A stretch of DNA of 62,871 nucleotides, filler included, from Choristocarpus tenellus KU-1152 (lineage: Eukaryota; Protista; Phaeophyceae), in the NCBI GenBank assembly GCA_964200185.2. It is 12 parts of 12 records of this genome, joined end to end, with 100 filler letters (N's around TTAATTAATTAA, not from the genome) between each part and the next. Parts side by side here need not be neighbours in the genome. Positions count along the whole stretch, not along the records: positions 40,557 to 50,351 come from CAXNAD020003385.1; positions 50,452 to 56,891 come from CAXNAD020008140.1; positions 56,992 to 59,566 come from CAXNAD020026620.1; positions 59,667 to 62,871 come from CAXNAD020021565.1; 8 more parts are not named here. One strand, 5' to 3'. Both the position numbers and the translations under genes were made by a program. Within the stretch, counting starts at the first letter, position 1. Each line of letters begins with the position of its first letter. Positions 47,710 through 61,142 of the stretch are shown here, piece by piece. The notes under the pieces are model-generated. The model made no database searches and was not told where the DNA came from. It was given only the letters and a program-made list of their open reading frames with translations.

Positions 47710-49309
47710 CCCCTTGTTTTGCGGTTTTTTTTTATGTTTGGTTATTTGTCCCTTTTTTTTATTGGGTGTTTTTNNNNNNNNNNTTTTTTTTTTTTTTTTT
47801 TACTAACACCCCAGGTTCGACGGTCTTGTTGCAGGGGAGGATCATCGGCCCTTTTTTTTAAAGGGGACTTTTCAAGTACAGTTTATCTCGTACATAGTAT
47901 GTAGGTATGTATTGTGTGTTTATTATATGCATACGTTAAGTACACTTACTACTATGTAATATGTATGTCGTGTGTTACATATGTCTGTATTTTATATATT
48001 ATGCATACGTACATCAAGTACAGCTACTGCTATGTAGTATGTAGGTGTAGGTTTGTATCTATTGCGTATGCATACATCAGCTACAGTTACTAGTATGTAG
48101 TGTGTAGGTATGTATTACGTATGTACGTAGGTATGCATACCAGATCGACTTGAAATCTTCAATCTCATTTTTTTTTTTTTGCAATGGGAAACCTCTGCCA
48201 ACTGCAGGAGAAGCAGAAGTGCAAGGTTGATTGTGGTGCATTTTTAATGTCTATGGAAGGAGGTTTCTAGACTCGAAAAAATATGTCGTGTTACTGGAGT
48301 ACCCCTTTTTTTCTGTTTTTATTTTTAATCCCTTGCGGATTTTTGAAGCGCTTAATGTATTTATTTATTTTTGTAAATTAAAGAATATGCAGAGATAGAC
48401 ACATACCGTACAAAACCGAATACTAATTTCACTCTGCTTTTTTTTCATTTTTTTTTTATTTAAGGAGATTGATTTTATCGGAGGATTTTTTTTTAGTTCT
48501 AATTAATGGTAAATGCAGAGATAAATGTAAAAAAAAAAAAGTTTTGAATGACTTCAAACAGTAGTGGCATTGCAATAGTAATACCATCACCTTTGGTTAT
48601 TGATTTCGATTGAGTTTTCTTATTATTTTATTGGTACACGTTGGTTAGTTTTGGATGTAGGTGTTTTCGATGAGTGTTTTGATGGGTGTTTGATTGCAAC
48701 GATGCCGAATTACGAATAGGTTTGTGTATCATTTTGTGTGTGGGTATGATAAAATGGAGAAGGTGCCCACAATATATTACTGTGATCAGACCAGCAGTCA
48801 AAGCCGTACACATGAAGGAGATTCACAATATAGGGGACGAGAACATCCAGAAAAATAAATAAATATATATATATATATATATTTATATTTATTTCTGACA
48901 GAATAAAAAAGGGAAGCAGAGATAGAGAGATGCAGACAAACAAGCGAAGAAATGAAAGAAAAAATGTTACATTGCCACAAACCAATGCACTGCCTCTTTT
49001 CTTGTTTCGCTGAACCTGTGACCCTAAACCCTAAACCCCAATGCCTGCTCCTCCTCTTCTTGCCTTGAATATATTTCTTTAATATATATATATATGTATG
49101 TATGTATGTATGTGCCCAGAACCAATAATAATAATAATGATGATGATGATGATGATGATAAATGATTGGTACAGGATGTGGACTTGGAGATGATAGAGGT
49201 CCACCGCTTTGTGGTGGACTTGTACTCAAAGAAATTTCCTGAGCTGGATAGCCTTGTACCTCAGTCAGGAGACTACATCCGAACCGTCCAGGTCATGCGA
49301 AATGAGATG
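43792..49309 (+). CDS. PRPF31: U4/U6 snRNP protein Prp31, 5' part; exons 43792-43911, 44164-44322, 45235-45339, 49175-49309
   Basis: MATLADSFLDDLDEL, GPLEDDPEYKLVVASN and VHRFVVDLYSKKFPELDSLV...DYIRTV...NEM are Prp31 signatures. Confidence 0.95.
46890..46960. repeat. 30-bp tandem repeat (ATCTCTTTATCAACCCAATAATCTCATTAA) x2.3
   Basis: Direct reading. Confidence 0.85.
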
Positions 49310-49636
49310 GTGAGAGGTCTAGTCCACCATGATGTGGCACTGAGAGTGGGGATGAGAGGAGGCTGGGTGGTGGTGTGTGGGGGGATGGGGGAGGGAGGGA
49401 GGGAGTGGTGGGTAGTGTTGATTGTGGATACTTGTGTCAGTGCCTGTGTGATGTCATGATAGGGTTTAAGTGGTGCCAACAGAGAGAGTGGAGCAAGGTG
49501 GGCGAGGATGTTTTTTTTTCAGGTAATATTTCTGTCCCTTGTATATTGTTTTTGTTCTTATTTTTTACTGTATACCGATAGTTTGTATGTTTGGAATAAT
49601 TTTGTGTTGGGTTTCCGGTGAAACAACTGTACAGGA

Positions 49637-49786
49637 ACATTACCATACCATATCATTACAGACATCAAGACATTACATACAGACATGAAGAGGTTACATA
49701 CAGACATCAAGACATTACATACAGACATCAAGATATCACGTACTTACATCAAGACATTTCATACTTGAATCAAAACATTACATACC
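49637..49786. repeat. 21-bp minisatellite (ACATTACATACAGACATCAAG) x~7
   Basis: Direct reading; intronic in PRPF31. Confidence 0.9.
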
Positions 49787-51996
49787 GCAGCATAGTGTAT
49801 CCCCAACCCTAACCCTTGCCCTGATCCATTCTCCCCCCCCCCCCCCCCCCCCCCCCCCCCCTTTTTTTTTTTTTTTTTTATCATNNNNNNNNNNCCCCCC
49901 CCCCCCTTCTCTTAACTCTTTTTTAGTATTTGTAACACACGTTTCTAATAAAGGGACACTTACATCATACGTCGTTTGCAGTAGTGAAGTATTCCAAGGG
50001 TAAAAATAAAAAAAGAGGGTGTAAATTAACGCGGACCAGGCCAGGGAGTGTTTTGTCAGAGATTAGCTGTGTGAGTACACCAGTGTCTTGAAGGCTGTGA
50101 TGCTGTGATGATGGAAATTGTTTTCCTGTCACTCACAGAAGTTCTGAAGTTCTGGAATGACCAACGTAACAACAGTGTATGAGATACACCTCGGCCTTGA
50201 TGTTGAAGTAGCTGTGCACATTTGTGTGTGTGTGTGTGTGTGTCTTGGGGGGGGGGAGGGGGGGGGGGGGGGTTTTTTTTTTTGTCGGACCGCCCCCTTC
50301 GTTCCTCTTGGGGCAGCAAACGCCAGTCGGACCGAACCGAGTGTGTTTTTTNNNNNNNNNNNNNNNNNNNNNNNNNNNNNNNNNNNNNNNNNNNNTTAAT
50401 TAATTAANNNNNNNNNNNNNNNNNNNNNNNNNNNNNNNNNNNNNNNNNNNNGGGTTGAAGGTATTTATCTGCAAATGGTCTTTGGAGGGGGGGGGGGTGG
50501 AGATTGTGGTAGACTGTGCTGAAGGTAGTTTGAAAATGATACCGCTTGCTTGTTCTGTGCATGAAGCTATGGTTTGAGTAGAGGAGCTGTGGATCAATTG
50601 CGTAACTCCTTCATGGGTGTCTGAATAGATTTATGTATCCAATGAACTCTATCTCAGTTGGATCAGTTTTTTTCAGGGGGGGGGGAGGGGGGGGGGGGGG
50701 GGGGTTTTGACATTGATCATGAATGTTTTGGTTGGGACGCTGTATATATTTTGCAATTGCAGATTGGTTCTCATTTTTTTTTCTGGTACACACCTCAGAG
50801 TAGCAACCATGTGATGTGTAGGGTGATGTTGCTAGGTTGAAATAGTGCGCAGTAGTCAATCATTTGGTGTTTCTGTGATTGCTTTGTGTTTGGTTTGCTT
50901 GTCGTGACTTGAAAGGGGGGGGTGAGTGGTAGGAGTCGGGGGACTTTGGCACTGGTGTTGTTTTGTGTCGGAGACTTTGGGCTTGGAGCATGTTGTTCAA
51001 AGGAATCCCTTTCATTCGGGAAAACCCACTGGGGGTTAGGGTTAGGGTGCAGTGACATGCTGTTGGCGAAGCGCATGTGTATGTTCTTTTTTAAGTGTTG
51101 AGTGCACTAGAGGATGACATGTATGAAGTGGGGTTGATGTCTTCATCTGTGATGCCATTAGCCCTGTGTATGTATATTGCTCTCTCTCTGGCCTTTTTGC
51201 TGACCAATGATGGAACGTTCTTGAGGGAGGAACAGTTCACCCGTGGAGCATCGGGGAACAGGTAGGAGTTGGTAGGATGGCTATTGGAATGGTCCCAGAG
51301 GACCAGCAGATGTAGGGAACCCGCCAGGACCAGGCTGCTGCTCTCAGTCACTGCCATGGAGGTATCTCCAATGGGACAAGTGTTATCCTAGCACAGCCCA
51401 GAGCACCAGGGATAGAAAAGCCTTGCAGGGTGGTGTTTCCCAAGCACCCAAATGAGAATCCATATGAACTAATCCATACAAGTTTAGGCAAGTGATGGTA
51501 ATGGAAGCAAGAGACGGGGTAGGAAGGGATATAGGTTAAAAAAAAAAAAGAACGATAGTGCCAGAGGTAACACACACACCGACTCCAGAAACATGCCTTC
51601 CATACTTGTCCCCCTCAGACTAGTGCAGAGCAGGTCTTGCCCTGTGTTGTGTTTTGGTAGATAGTGCCAGGCGTTTCTCATGAAGGTTTTTTTTTTCATC
51701 TTTTTCTGACCTGGAACTTTTTTGTGGGCGTTTTACGACAAGAGATTGTATAATCTGTTCCGAAAAAAAATGAAGAAGAGTTCTGATTCTGTTTGTTCCC
51801 TTTGGAACAAAAAAAAGGAGAGGAAAATGCTGTTGTGTCAGGTGTTCCTTTTAATCGAGAATATTGTTGGTTGATTGAGTGTCTTCACACACACCCCCAC
51901 GGAGGTTGTTTTTGTTGTTTCATATTCACTATTGGATTGAATTTTCAAGTCATGTATACATACAGCACACGAGTGAGATTTTTTTTTCAATCCCCA

Positions 51997-52033
51997 AACC
52001 TAACCCCTTAACCCTAACCCTAACCCTAACCCC
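51997..52033. repeat. Interstitial telomeric-type repeat (CCCTAA)n
   Basis: AACCTAACCCCTTAACCCTAACCCTAACCCTAACCCC. Confidence 0.85.
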
Positions 52034-52152
52034 CACAGTAACAAGCAAATCTACCTTTCCCTTACAAACCCCAACAGGGGAAAAATTGATCCCGGTTCAC
52101 CAGGCTTGAACCAAGATTCCCTTCCCCCCCCCCCCTGCTCAAATGTTCGAAG

Positions 52153-54956
52153 GTGGCTGCTGCGATATCCAGGAGTGCTGGGATGGCTCCCAGCAGCCGG
52201 TACAATCTTAGCAATCTTTCCTGTGGGTCTGGTTCTCTTCAGTGGAAGCTTCTTCGTGGCGGTTACCTCTCTTTTTTTCGTTTACCTGGTGGGCGAGTGC
52301 TGGCTGGGTCCGGGCATGGCTCTCCTACAGGTCTTGTGTGCATGTGGAAGGGGGGTTGGGAGTGATTTTTTGACGGCAGTCTTATCAATGGATACAAATG
52401 TTGATGGCTTTTGACAGAGATCACTTTTGTGAATTCACTTTTGTGGGTAAATTTCACCCTCCAGTGACTCCTGTTGATTGATTGTATTGTCAGCTAGAAA
52501 TATTGCGTGGCCTTGATCCCACCCAACACGAACTCCCTCAGGGTACTGACTTGTTGGGGGTGAGAGGAACAGTATTCCCTTGCTGAAGAAAAGAGGGAGT
52601 ATAAATATATATATATATATTGTTTCTGTGTGACCTACTGTGGAGAAAACAAGCGTTTTTTTTTTTTTTTTTTTTTTTGTTATAAATGGGTAATTCTTTG
52701 AGTACCATATTTGGTTTTATCAACTGTTTCTTTTGGGAAGACATAGATNNNNNNNNNNCGGAACAAAACCGCAAAAAAAAATATACTTTTTTGTTTTGTT
52801 TGGGGGGGGCGAAGGGGGGAAAAACCAACCGTTTTTTTTTTTTTTGTAGCAGGTGAGAAAGGGGTACTGCTTTGAGAACCATATCTGGTTTTATCAACTG
52901 TTTCTGTTGGGAAGACATAGATACACCCATTTGTTACTGTTCTGCTGTTGTTGTATTGCTCACATAATAACACCTTCCTTCACAACTCTTACTGTTGCTG
53001 TTACTTTTGTATATTATCAGAGTATTATAGTACAACGAATAATTGGATAAGTACAACAGGTGTCCTTTGAACCTAGCACCATAGAGGCATGAACAATTTT
53101 TTGTCAACTTTTGTCTTGACTCTTACTTTGTAGATACATTTTGTTTTGCCTAGTGCTTGGTAGAATATGTCACAACTTCATCACACTTTTTTTTTGTTGG
53201 CTGCTGTAATCGAGCCCCAGAGCCTTGACCTGTTTATTTGTTACCTGTATGTGCCCTTGCTTTTGCTGCTGCGATCCGCATCGTCACTGTGACAAAACGC
53301 CTACCTACATTTATGAAATTGAAGCGGGAGGTCCCACAAGAAATGGCTGGGATGAGCGTTGCCATTCTTCTATTCTTCAATACGGTAACTAGTAACATTG
53401 GCCCCTTGTACATTGGGTGGGTGGACAATGGAACCGCAGAACTTCGAAAGCCAATGTTTCTACAGGTGAGTTGTGTGGAAAGGAGGTGTGATCTGGAGTG
53501 CTCCTTGTGAAAAATGGGTCAGGTAGGACCTGTTAAGGGGGGGGGGGGCTATCTTGGCCTAAAACTGGGTCTCTCCAAAGGAATGTGTCTGTATGGTCTG
53601 TGTTCAAACACGGTCCAAATCAAGGACTGTACCGTGTCTACATATGAGAGTGTCTTCCACCATGTACCCTGAACTTTGGAGTGTATGCCTGTGCATGGAC
53701 TCTGAACTCGAGTATGGAGATTTTCTTTTTCTGTGCGTAAATGGTATCAACCGTAGTGTTTTTAAAAAGGTTTCAGTTGAGTTGGCGGTATGGTAAGGTG
53801 TGACTAGTAGAGCAAAAACATTTAAGGTGTATGTGGAATTGCTTGAACCGTTTGGGTGGTATATGCACAGTGTCATACCGGTCTGTTGAGTGCCCAATTA
53901 ATTTTTTTTCAAAGCTTTTGGTAAGTGGGAAATTTCTGGATAGATCGGCAGCCCGCCGCCGGCCTGTGTGCTTCTATTTTGAACGTTGGTTGATTTTTAC
54001 AGGGCTGAACACGATAATGCCTCTGAATACTTTGTAATGTCTCTTTGTCAACTGCTGTGTCATGGTATTGTTCTTAGACTTCAACGATCTGATATGGTTA
54101 GGGTTAGGACACGATTGAAGAGGTAAGCTGCGTTGAGGCTGGTGTTGACCCACACCATCGAGGTGGGTGTTTTGCAGCTTACAATTGTTGCAGTTGCTTG
54201 AAGGATGCAGTCAAGGGGCTAGGCACTTCGGGCGGTCCTTGCAATTGTTGAGATTTCCTTGTATGATTAGTAAATCTCCTCCCTTGTCAGTCTGTTTGTA
54301 TCCTCTACCCCCATGCCCTCCCTGTTCCTTGCATGTACATGATGGATGAGCCCCCTCCCTCCACAAATCTTTTGTTCTTTTTTGGTTTTTTTTACACTAC
54401 AATTATTCCGATTTCTGCTCTACCGCAGGTACTATTAAGCAATGTAGGTGCAGCTATGCTCTTTGCAAGGGCTGGCACCTTGGTCCAGAACAAAGCCATT
54501 CTAAATGGAGAGATTCGAGGGGGCAGTGAGCACATCAGGGCGTATAGTAGAATCCAGGGTGCTGGCAGCGAGCCTGGTACGTCACATGAGGGCTCTCATG
54601 GCTCTTTGTGTGGGATTGTTCAAAGGGTTTTCCAACGAGGTTGCAAGAGGCGGGAAGATAAGAGGCCCTGGCATAGAGAGGGGGATGAAGGTGAATTGGA
54701 GAGGGAGACTCTGCTACGAGGTGCTTCTCCGGGTGTGGGACAGGAGGGGTGGCGGAAGAGAGTCAGTGCAGTTGCTTCTGATGGTGGAGAAGTGAGGATG
54801 TGGGGAGGAGGGGGCCATCAAGAGTTTGGGGAGGGGGTAGGCAATGGGGGGTGGAGAGTGGGAGAGTCAGGCGCTTCTTATCAGAGGGTTGGAGAGGAGG
54901 TATCTCCTACTGTTGCGAAGGAGTTGCCTCAAAGGCAAACTGTATTTTCACTCTGA
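52153..54956 (+). CDS. MFS transporter, spinster-like, 3' part; exons 52153-52330, 53325-53465, 54429-54956
   Basis: Successive transmembrane helices, YLVGECWLGPGMALLQ|REVPQEMAGMSVAILLFFNTVTSNIGPLYIGWV, typical of spinster-type TM10-11; hydrophilic tail runs to TGA. Confidence 0.75.
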
Positions 54957-56796
54957 TTCTGGGATTTGCAGAATTGGAGAGGGGAGGTTTTCACTGTTTT
55001 GTTTTTTTTGTTGATAGTTTTGATGTTAGGTGTCATTGTGCCTTTGCTTTGTCATGTATACAGGCATTCGATACACGCCGTACAGGTATACGGAGACCTT
55101 CGCACTTTGTTTTGAAAATAGCCCTCGGGTGTGGGATGTTGTTTGGTCCCTCGGAGAGGCCTAGGAATGGTCGTGTGATGTTTTTGTTTTGTTTTTTTGT
55201 TGTTGAAGGAATGTGTGATTCATATAGACTGGCTGCAGGCTGGATGCTTCGGGGGCAATCCTAAGTGGGGTATTGGTTGAGGGTGTTTGTTTCAGTGTTC
55301 TTGGTTGGGATGTTAAACTTCAATGGATGTATTTTTTTTGTCTGTGATTAATGCTATCATTTTTGTAGCACCCACACCCCTTCCTCGGTGTTGAGTCGTG
55401 TTCGACGGAGCTGGGGATTGATTGTTCGTGATGATTCCAGATCTGCCAGTGTGTTTTGTGTATGGACTGCATATAGTGCTCCATAGGGTTATATTTGAGA
55501 AATCAAGCTTTCGTTTTTGTCTTATGCTTGATGAAAAATGATTCTTGAAGGTGCAGAAATGTCCGAAGAATAGCAGAAAATGCGGAATAACATTAGGTTA
55601 TGTCTAGTGGATTGATCAATGAGAAAAAAGAAAAGGTAGGTTTGCTTGTCTATGCCCACGTTTTTGTGGTTGATCAAGTGCGCAGGCTCTTGAGTGCTGA
55701 CCGGCTTGATGAGATTGAGCGAAATTGTGCCCTGAACTTTGCTTGGGGAGGATTGTGAAATGAGAGTTGCATGTTTATTGCATGCTTTGCTCTCCAAAGA
55801 GAATTAAGTGCTCTGGCTCTTGGGTTGCATGTCCTCTATGAGGTGGTGCTGGATGTGGGTTATGCACATTGTCAGAGCCCTTGCTGCATCCAAAATGATC
55901 AGGCTTCGGCACCAGCATGTTGGGGTGGGTAACACATGGTTCCCCTTTTACTCCCTTGCCGGGGCTTTTGGGCGCTGCTTACATACATACAGTATCTTGC
56001 AATTCTGAATGTATAAAGAAATGAAATAGTGGAATTCAGTCCATCTGCCCTCAGTGTGTTACCAGTACTTACTGGCTCTCATTCTTGCACATCTGGGTCT
56101 GGTTTCCAATCACATCTTGTGGTAATACCTGCATGTAGCAGTTTTATGTTTGGGTAGGGCCAAGGCGATACACTCGTTATCTGTTACTTGTACTCTATAC
56201 CTGACTTTTTTGTGGGAGGTTATAACAGCTCTCATTTTTGTACACACTTGGTACATGTAGGTATCGTGTGTGCACTAGTCATATATAAATATATCTATGT
56301 ATCAACCTTTGTGCACAGCTGAAGGCAATTCTTGAACACGTCTTGCATAAGCTGTTACTAGCTCTTCCTGGCCTTTGTCGATCTTGGACGTGTACTCATC
56401 TTGTGCGTTCAAAATAATATTCCGACATTTTTTCCATGAGCGCGCATTTGTAGCTGGAGTAGCTGTTATGCTCATGGGATACCCAAGGATATTGGACCGC
56501 AATAAGCATCGAGAGAGCCTCCATAGATTGTCGTCCATTGTGAGAAGGTTGATTACACATATCATAGAACAAAAGTAAGACCATCCTTGTATTGGATGCA
56601 GACAACTCCAACCCCATTGCCATTTCCTCTTTCTCCCTTGCATTTCCGCATTGATTTAACCAAACGCACTTGATTTTCGTGTCTTGGCATACACGGTATT
56701 TTGTGCGCATACCGTGAGTGGTCCTGCCACACGTAGAGGAGCCAGTATTAGATTTGTAACATTACTGAGTATAATATGACTTTGATGCTCAATTTT

Positions 56797-56891
56797 GGGT
56801 CAAAGTATCTGGGGGGGGGGGGGTGGTTTATGAGGGGGGGTCCGTTTTGGGCAAACAACTCTTTTTTTTGTTTACATTTTAAATTCGACAC
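56797..56891. mobile_element. MITE family B-type end at contig break
   Basis: GGGTCAAAGTATCT-polyG. Confidence 0.65.
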
Positions 56892-57059
56892 NNNNNNNNN
56901 NNNNNNNNNNNNNNNNNNNNNNNNNNNNNNNNNNNTTAATTAATTAANNNNNNNNNNNNNNNNNNNNNNNNNNNNNNNNNNNNNNNNNNNNTTCCGCCAT
57001 ATCTTCCCCCCCCCCCGCTCCCCCCCTCCCCCTTGCCATGCCCTGCCCCTCCGATGTAG

Positions 57060-59120
57060 ATGAATCTAAACAGCGTGCAGAAGAAAACCTACAGGGAGGA
57101 ACTGGGCAAGATGGAGGCGCAGAACATTAGAGAGTCCAGGAGGCGTCTCACTACAGACGATTTTGATTCACTCACCATCATTGGTCGAGGGGCGTTTGGT
57201 GAGGTGAGAAGAGGAGTCATTCTTGTTATTTTGAATTATTATCCTTCTGTTCGGGATGGCTTACAGGTCATACTCTATCCATACAAAACACACACACACA
57301 CACACACACACACATATGCATGCGCATACGCCATTGTGTTCTTTTGATTGTTTTGTTCCCAAAGTTGGTAATAAATGGAGCGAGTACCTGTTATGGGGAC
57401 TGAAGACAAATATCATGCTTGCTACCATCGGAAGGGCGTGTCCTGCAGATGGGGTTGATGATGTTGAAGTAGTGTAGGTAGTTGCCCTCACCGCCTTCAG
57501 AGTAACTGCACACATTCTAACCCTAGCTCCCTAACCCTAATGTGGCTTATTATGCGGTCCTAGATATGTTTTTGTTGCTTTGTATGGTCATTTGTGTGCC
57601 TGTACTTGCCCTTCCCTAGCCCTAAACACTCACGGTGAGAAAAAAAAAATGTCAAAAAAGAAAAAAAACTGTTCCGATATATACATTTTTTATCTGTTTT
57701 GATTGAGAACTACGTGCGGCCTAATAATTGAATCAGACCTATTTTTTTATCCCTACGATTCACAGCTATATTCATCAGAGAAGTAGAGTGAATGCTTTGT
57801 ACCTAGTCTACTTGCTTTTTTACTGAATAAAAAAAAAGTGGAACAAGAAAAACCGTCTCTTCAATTCATTCTTTTTTGTTTCTACCATTTTTTTGTTTAT
57901 TCCCTCATATATATTTTTTTGTTAGCATTCGTATCCGATTTAATCCATCATAGAACACATTTTCTAAGAATCTTCCCCCTGTTTACTTGTAGATGGAACT
58001 CAAATGCCTTTTTCATTGAAGATAGTACTACAAATAGTATTAATAACACCTTTTCTGTTGGGCTCCGAAAGCTCTGCAGCAATGATGCATGCCAGATCTC
58101 TCTCGTTTGATCAAGTGGCCACTATGTGTGATGTATCGATTTTGCTGAGAGATCCATTCCAGATAGTAAAACTAGTTGTGTGGGGTGGGATTCAATATAT
58201 CAAGAAATATCTTCACCTTTTACTCTGGGGTGGTACAATGGTCTCTCAATATTTTATTGATACCAGAAGTCCTGGGTTCATACCCCGACTTGGCTGCTTC
58301 CCTGACTCTCTCTTTTTTCAGTTGAAGGATAAGGCCGAGTCTTGAAGTTTTTTCTTTTGAGTTGTGGACGCGAGGAAGAACTATTAGAGAGATTAACTCT
58401 AAGGGACAATACACAATGATTGACAGAGTTTTTGGAACGGGTGCCTGTTGTTGGTGCAGGAGTAAACCTTAGGGTTAGGGTTAGGGTAAGGTAATGACAC
58501 TTCACCAATCACTTCATACACCACTTTTTTGTTTCTGACAGGTGCTTTTTCACCTCCACAACTCACAAATAATAAACCTGTTGTTTTGACACGGCCAAGG
58601 TATGTACTGGGAGCCCCATCCATGACCTTGCCCAGGTTGATTAACCAACCACCACCTCAGTCAGTGAACGTCGTCCACTATGTGCATTGCTCCCATCAAA
58701 ATTCTTTTTTTTTTACTAATTTTCCTGTTGATACTGGTAGGGTACCCTTGTACACTTACAAATTATTTTGGATGCTTGTCCGAAATGTGTATCATTGCAG
58801 TACTATGACACTTCCTCCTCCTGCAGTCCTGAGCTTGTTCTCAGCTTTTATTCACACCTATATGTAGAGTCAACACTAAAAAAATATAAAATATCACTAT
58901 CATACACACACACATAAATATATTAATATTACTACCATATATATGCATTAAAAAAAATACTACCATACATATATATATATATATATATATTAGCACACAA
59001 AAATGGTATAAATTATGTACCTTTTTTTTTTATCAGGTGCGGTTAGTGCGCAAGAAGGACACTGGCGTTGTGTGGGCCCTCAAGACCATGACCAAGGAGG
59101 GCATGGTCAATAAGAACCAG
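57060..59120 (+). CDS. STK38: NDR/STK38-family AGC kinase, internal part; exons 57060-57203, 59037-59120
   Basis: [35 protein letters not shown]|[18 protein letters not shown]...NQ: the NDR N-terminal regulatory segment plus kinase subdomains I-II. Confidence 0.88.
58469..58486. repeat. (TTAGGG)3 in the kinase intron
   Basis: Direct reading. Confidence 0.85.
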
Positions 59121-59666
59121 GTTGGGAAGGTCCTCCCCCGACTAAAGAGAACGACGTAAAACGCTGGGAAGACCTGACACTGCCTTTTTTCTTCCTTGCC
59201 CGTGTCAACCTGTTTCACACTCCAACAGCAGAGCTTGCCAGGCGTGCACTATAGGGTTAGGGTTGTAAGGTTTTGTTAATCTGGCGGCGTTATTTTACAG
59301 CTCACTTCAAACTCTGACTGTGCATCTGTGTTTGTGTGTGTTTATATGCAGAGCTGACTATTGAAGAGTTACATTCACTCACTTCTACGGCGACGATCAA
59401 CCCCCCCCCCCCCGACTTTAGCTTGTTTGATTTCCTCGACTTCTTTTATTTGCAGACAGAGAAATATGGTTAGGGAATGTGTTTGTGAAGAGGGGGGGAG
59501 GGGAGGGGAGGAGAGGGGAGGGGGGGGGGGGAGAGGGATGGGGGGGAGGGATGCTTTTTTTTTTTTNNNNNNNNNNNNNNNNNNNNNNNNNNNNNNNNNN
59601 NNNNNNNNNNTTAATTAATTAANNNNNNNNNNNNNNNNNNNNNNNNNNNNNNNNNNNNNNNNNNNN

Positions 59667-59837
59667 GTCTAGTTTGGGGTCAAAATCCAATGTTGCTATT
59701 TTGATGTAATTTTGACTATCGTGTTTGTTAGGAAGTGTCAATATCCATGTTGTGGACACACCTTTTCATAATGATGACATTTTACCTACTCCTAAACATT
59801 TTGGAGTAGGTATGTACCCTCTAAGATACTTTCATTT
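59667..59837. mobile_element. MITE family A, partial and internally deleted, at contig start
   Basis: CAAAATCCAATGTTGC...GTTAGGAAGTGTCAATATCC...TACCCTCTAAGATACTTTC. Confidence 0.82.
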
Positions 59838-61142
59838 AGAGCTTGCTCTACATACAGGTATATATGTATGTATATATTGGTATTTTTCTGAGTGATACTG
59901 GGATACTGGTGGTATGTTCTTGTCAAAAGGTGTCCACAAAAGGCATTGTGTATTGATGCATGCCCATAACACAACATCGATTGAAGCATTCAGGAAGTCC
60001 TTGGGTGGTAGCCTGTCATATAGTTAATTGCTCTCTTGTTGATGATCTCAGCTATTGAAACTCTGCAAAAAAAAATAAATTATATCACTGGTGCAATTCA
60101 GGGGGACACCGTGTGACAAGCACATAGTGGGCGGGAATCCGTCTCGGTGTGCTTGAAGCCAGATATGAATGCGTACACGTTTTGGGGTGTGCTCTGTAGT
60201 CGTCGTTCCGTGCTGAGAGCCAACTGTAGCTGACAGACAATGATACTTTGTCTTTGCAAAGGTGGCATATGAAAAGGAGCGGAAGAGGGTGTGATTTGAG
60301 GGTGAATCGATTGGCGGCAGGGGATACTCTATTGCAGCAATGTTTTATAAGTTCTACTTACTGCTTGGAACTATTTTACAGAAAAAACAAAAAACAAAAA
60401 TGTTTTGCATTTTTTTTATTATTTGTTGTTGTACGCTTTACTATGTCTTCTTTTTATGCACTGGAGGGAGCGTTGTAGTGTGTGCTTTGGAATCGGATTG
60501 TGGTCTGAGGAACTTAGAAGGGTTATATACTACACTCTCTGCCCGTGTCTTCAAAAGAGATAGGCAGAATTGGTTGCAGGGGGGGAGGGGCAATGGTATT
60601 CATGTTATTTATAGCAGCGGTGGTACCCAGCGGTGGGGTGGGTCGGAACCGTTTTTCTGGACAAGAGACAAGCTGTGTCTGGGGTGGGTGCACTTGAATC
60701 TGATAATGTTTGATTGTCATGGTGTTAGGGGATTTTGCTCAAGAACTTGAACCTGTAAAGACCCGTGAAGATTTTTCACTTGATAAAAGAGCCCCGACTG
60801 GGTATGTCTCGAGAGTCATCCTCGAGCCCTCAATACTATTGACAGTTACATTTTGGCACCGGTACCTCTTTTTTTATATCTTTGCTTCCCCCCCCCCCCT
60901 CCCCACCTACACAGTTCTTTCCTCGTAGTCTGTAGTGATGGTGTTGTTTTGTGGAGACAGCACAAGGGTATGTGCTTGATCTGTTCAGCTCATTTGTTGG
61001 TGTGTGTAAGTGTGACATGTGAAGTGTGATGTTGGGGGGTGGGGGGGAAGCATGGATATTGCGAGATAATCTAATGGGGGTGATCTAATGTTGCCACGTC
61101 CACGCTGGTGTTGTGATACCCGTTGCTGCAATGCCTTCCCAG

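Noticed and set aside
45340-49174. Intronic snoRNA in the long PRPF31 intron
   Set aside because: No convincing C/D or H/ACA box pair with a terminal stem seen; mostly simple repeats.
49618-49812. ORF with HQDITYR repeats
   Set aside because: Translation of an intronic 21-bp minisatellite; no splice support.
52700-52925. Duplicated ~45-bp block on either side of a 10-N gap
   Set aside because: Flanks a scaffold gap and low-quality homopolymers; may be an assembly overlap.
56302-56710. Overlapping minus-strand ORFs of 104-113 aa
   Set aside because: No recognisable domain and no clear splice boundaries.
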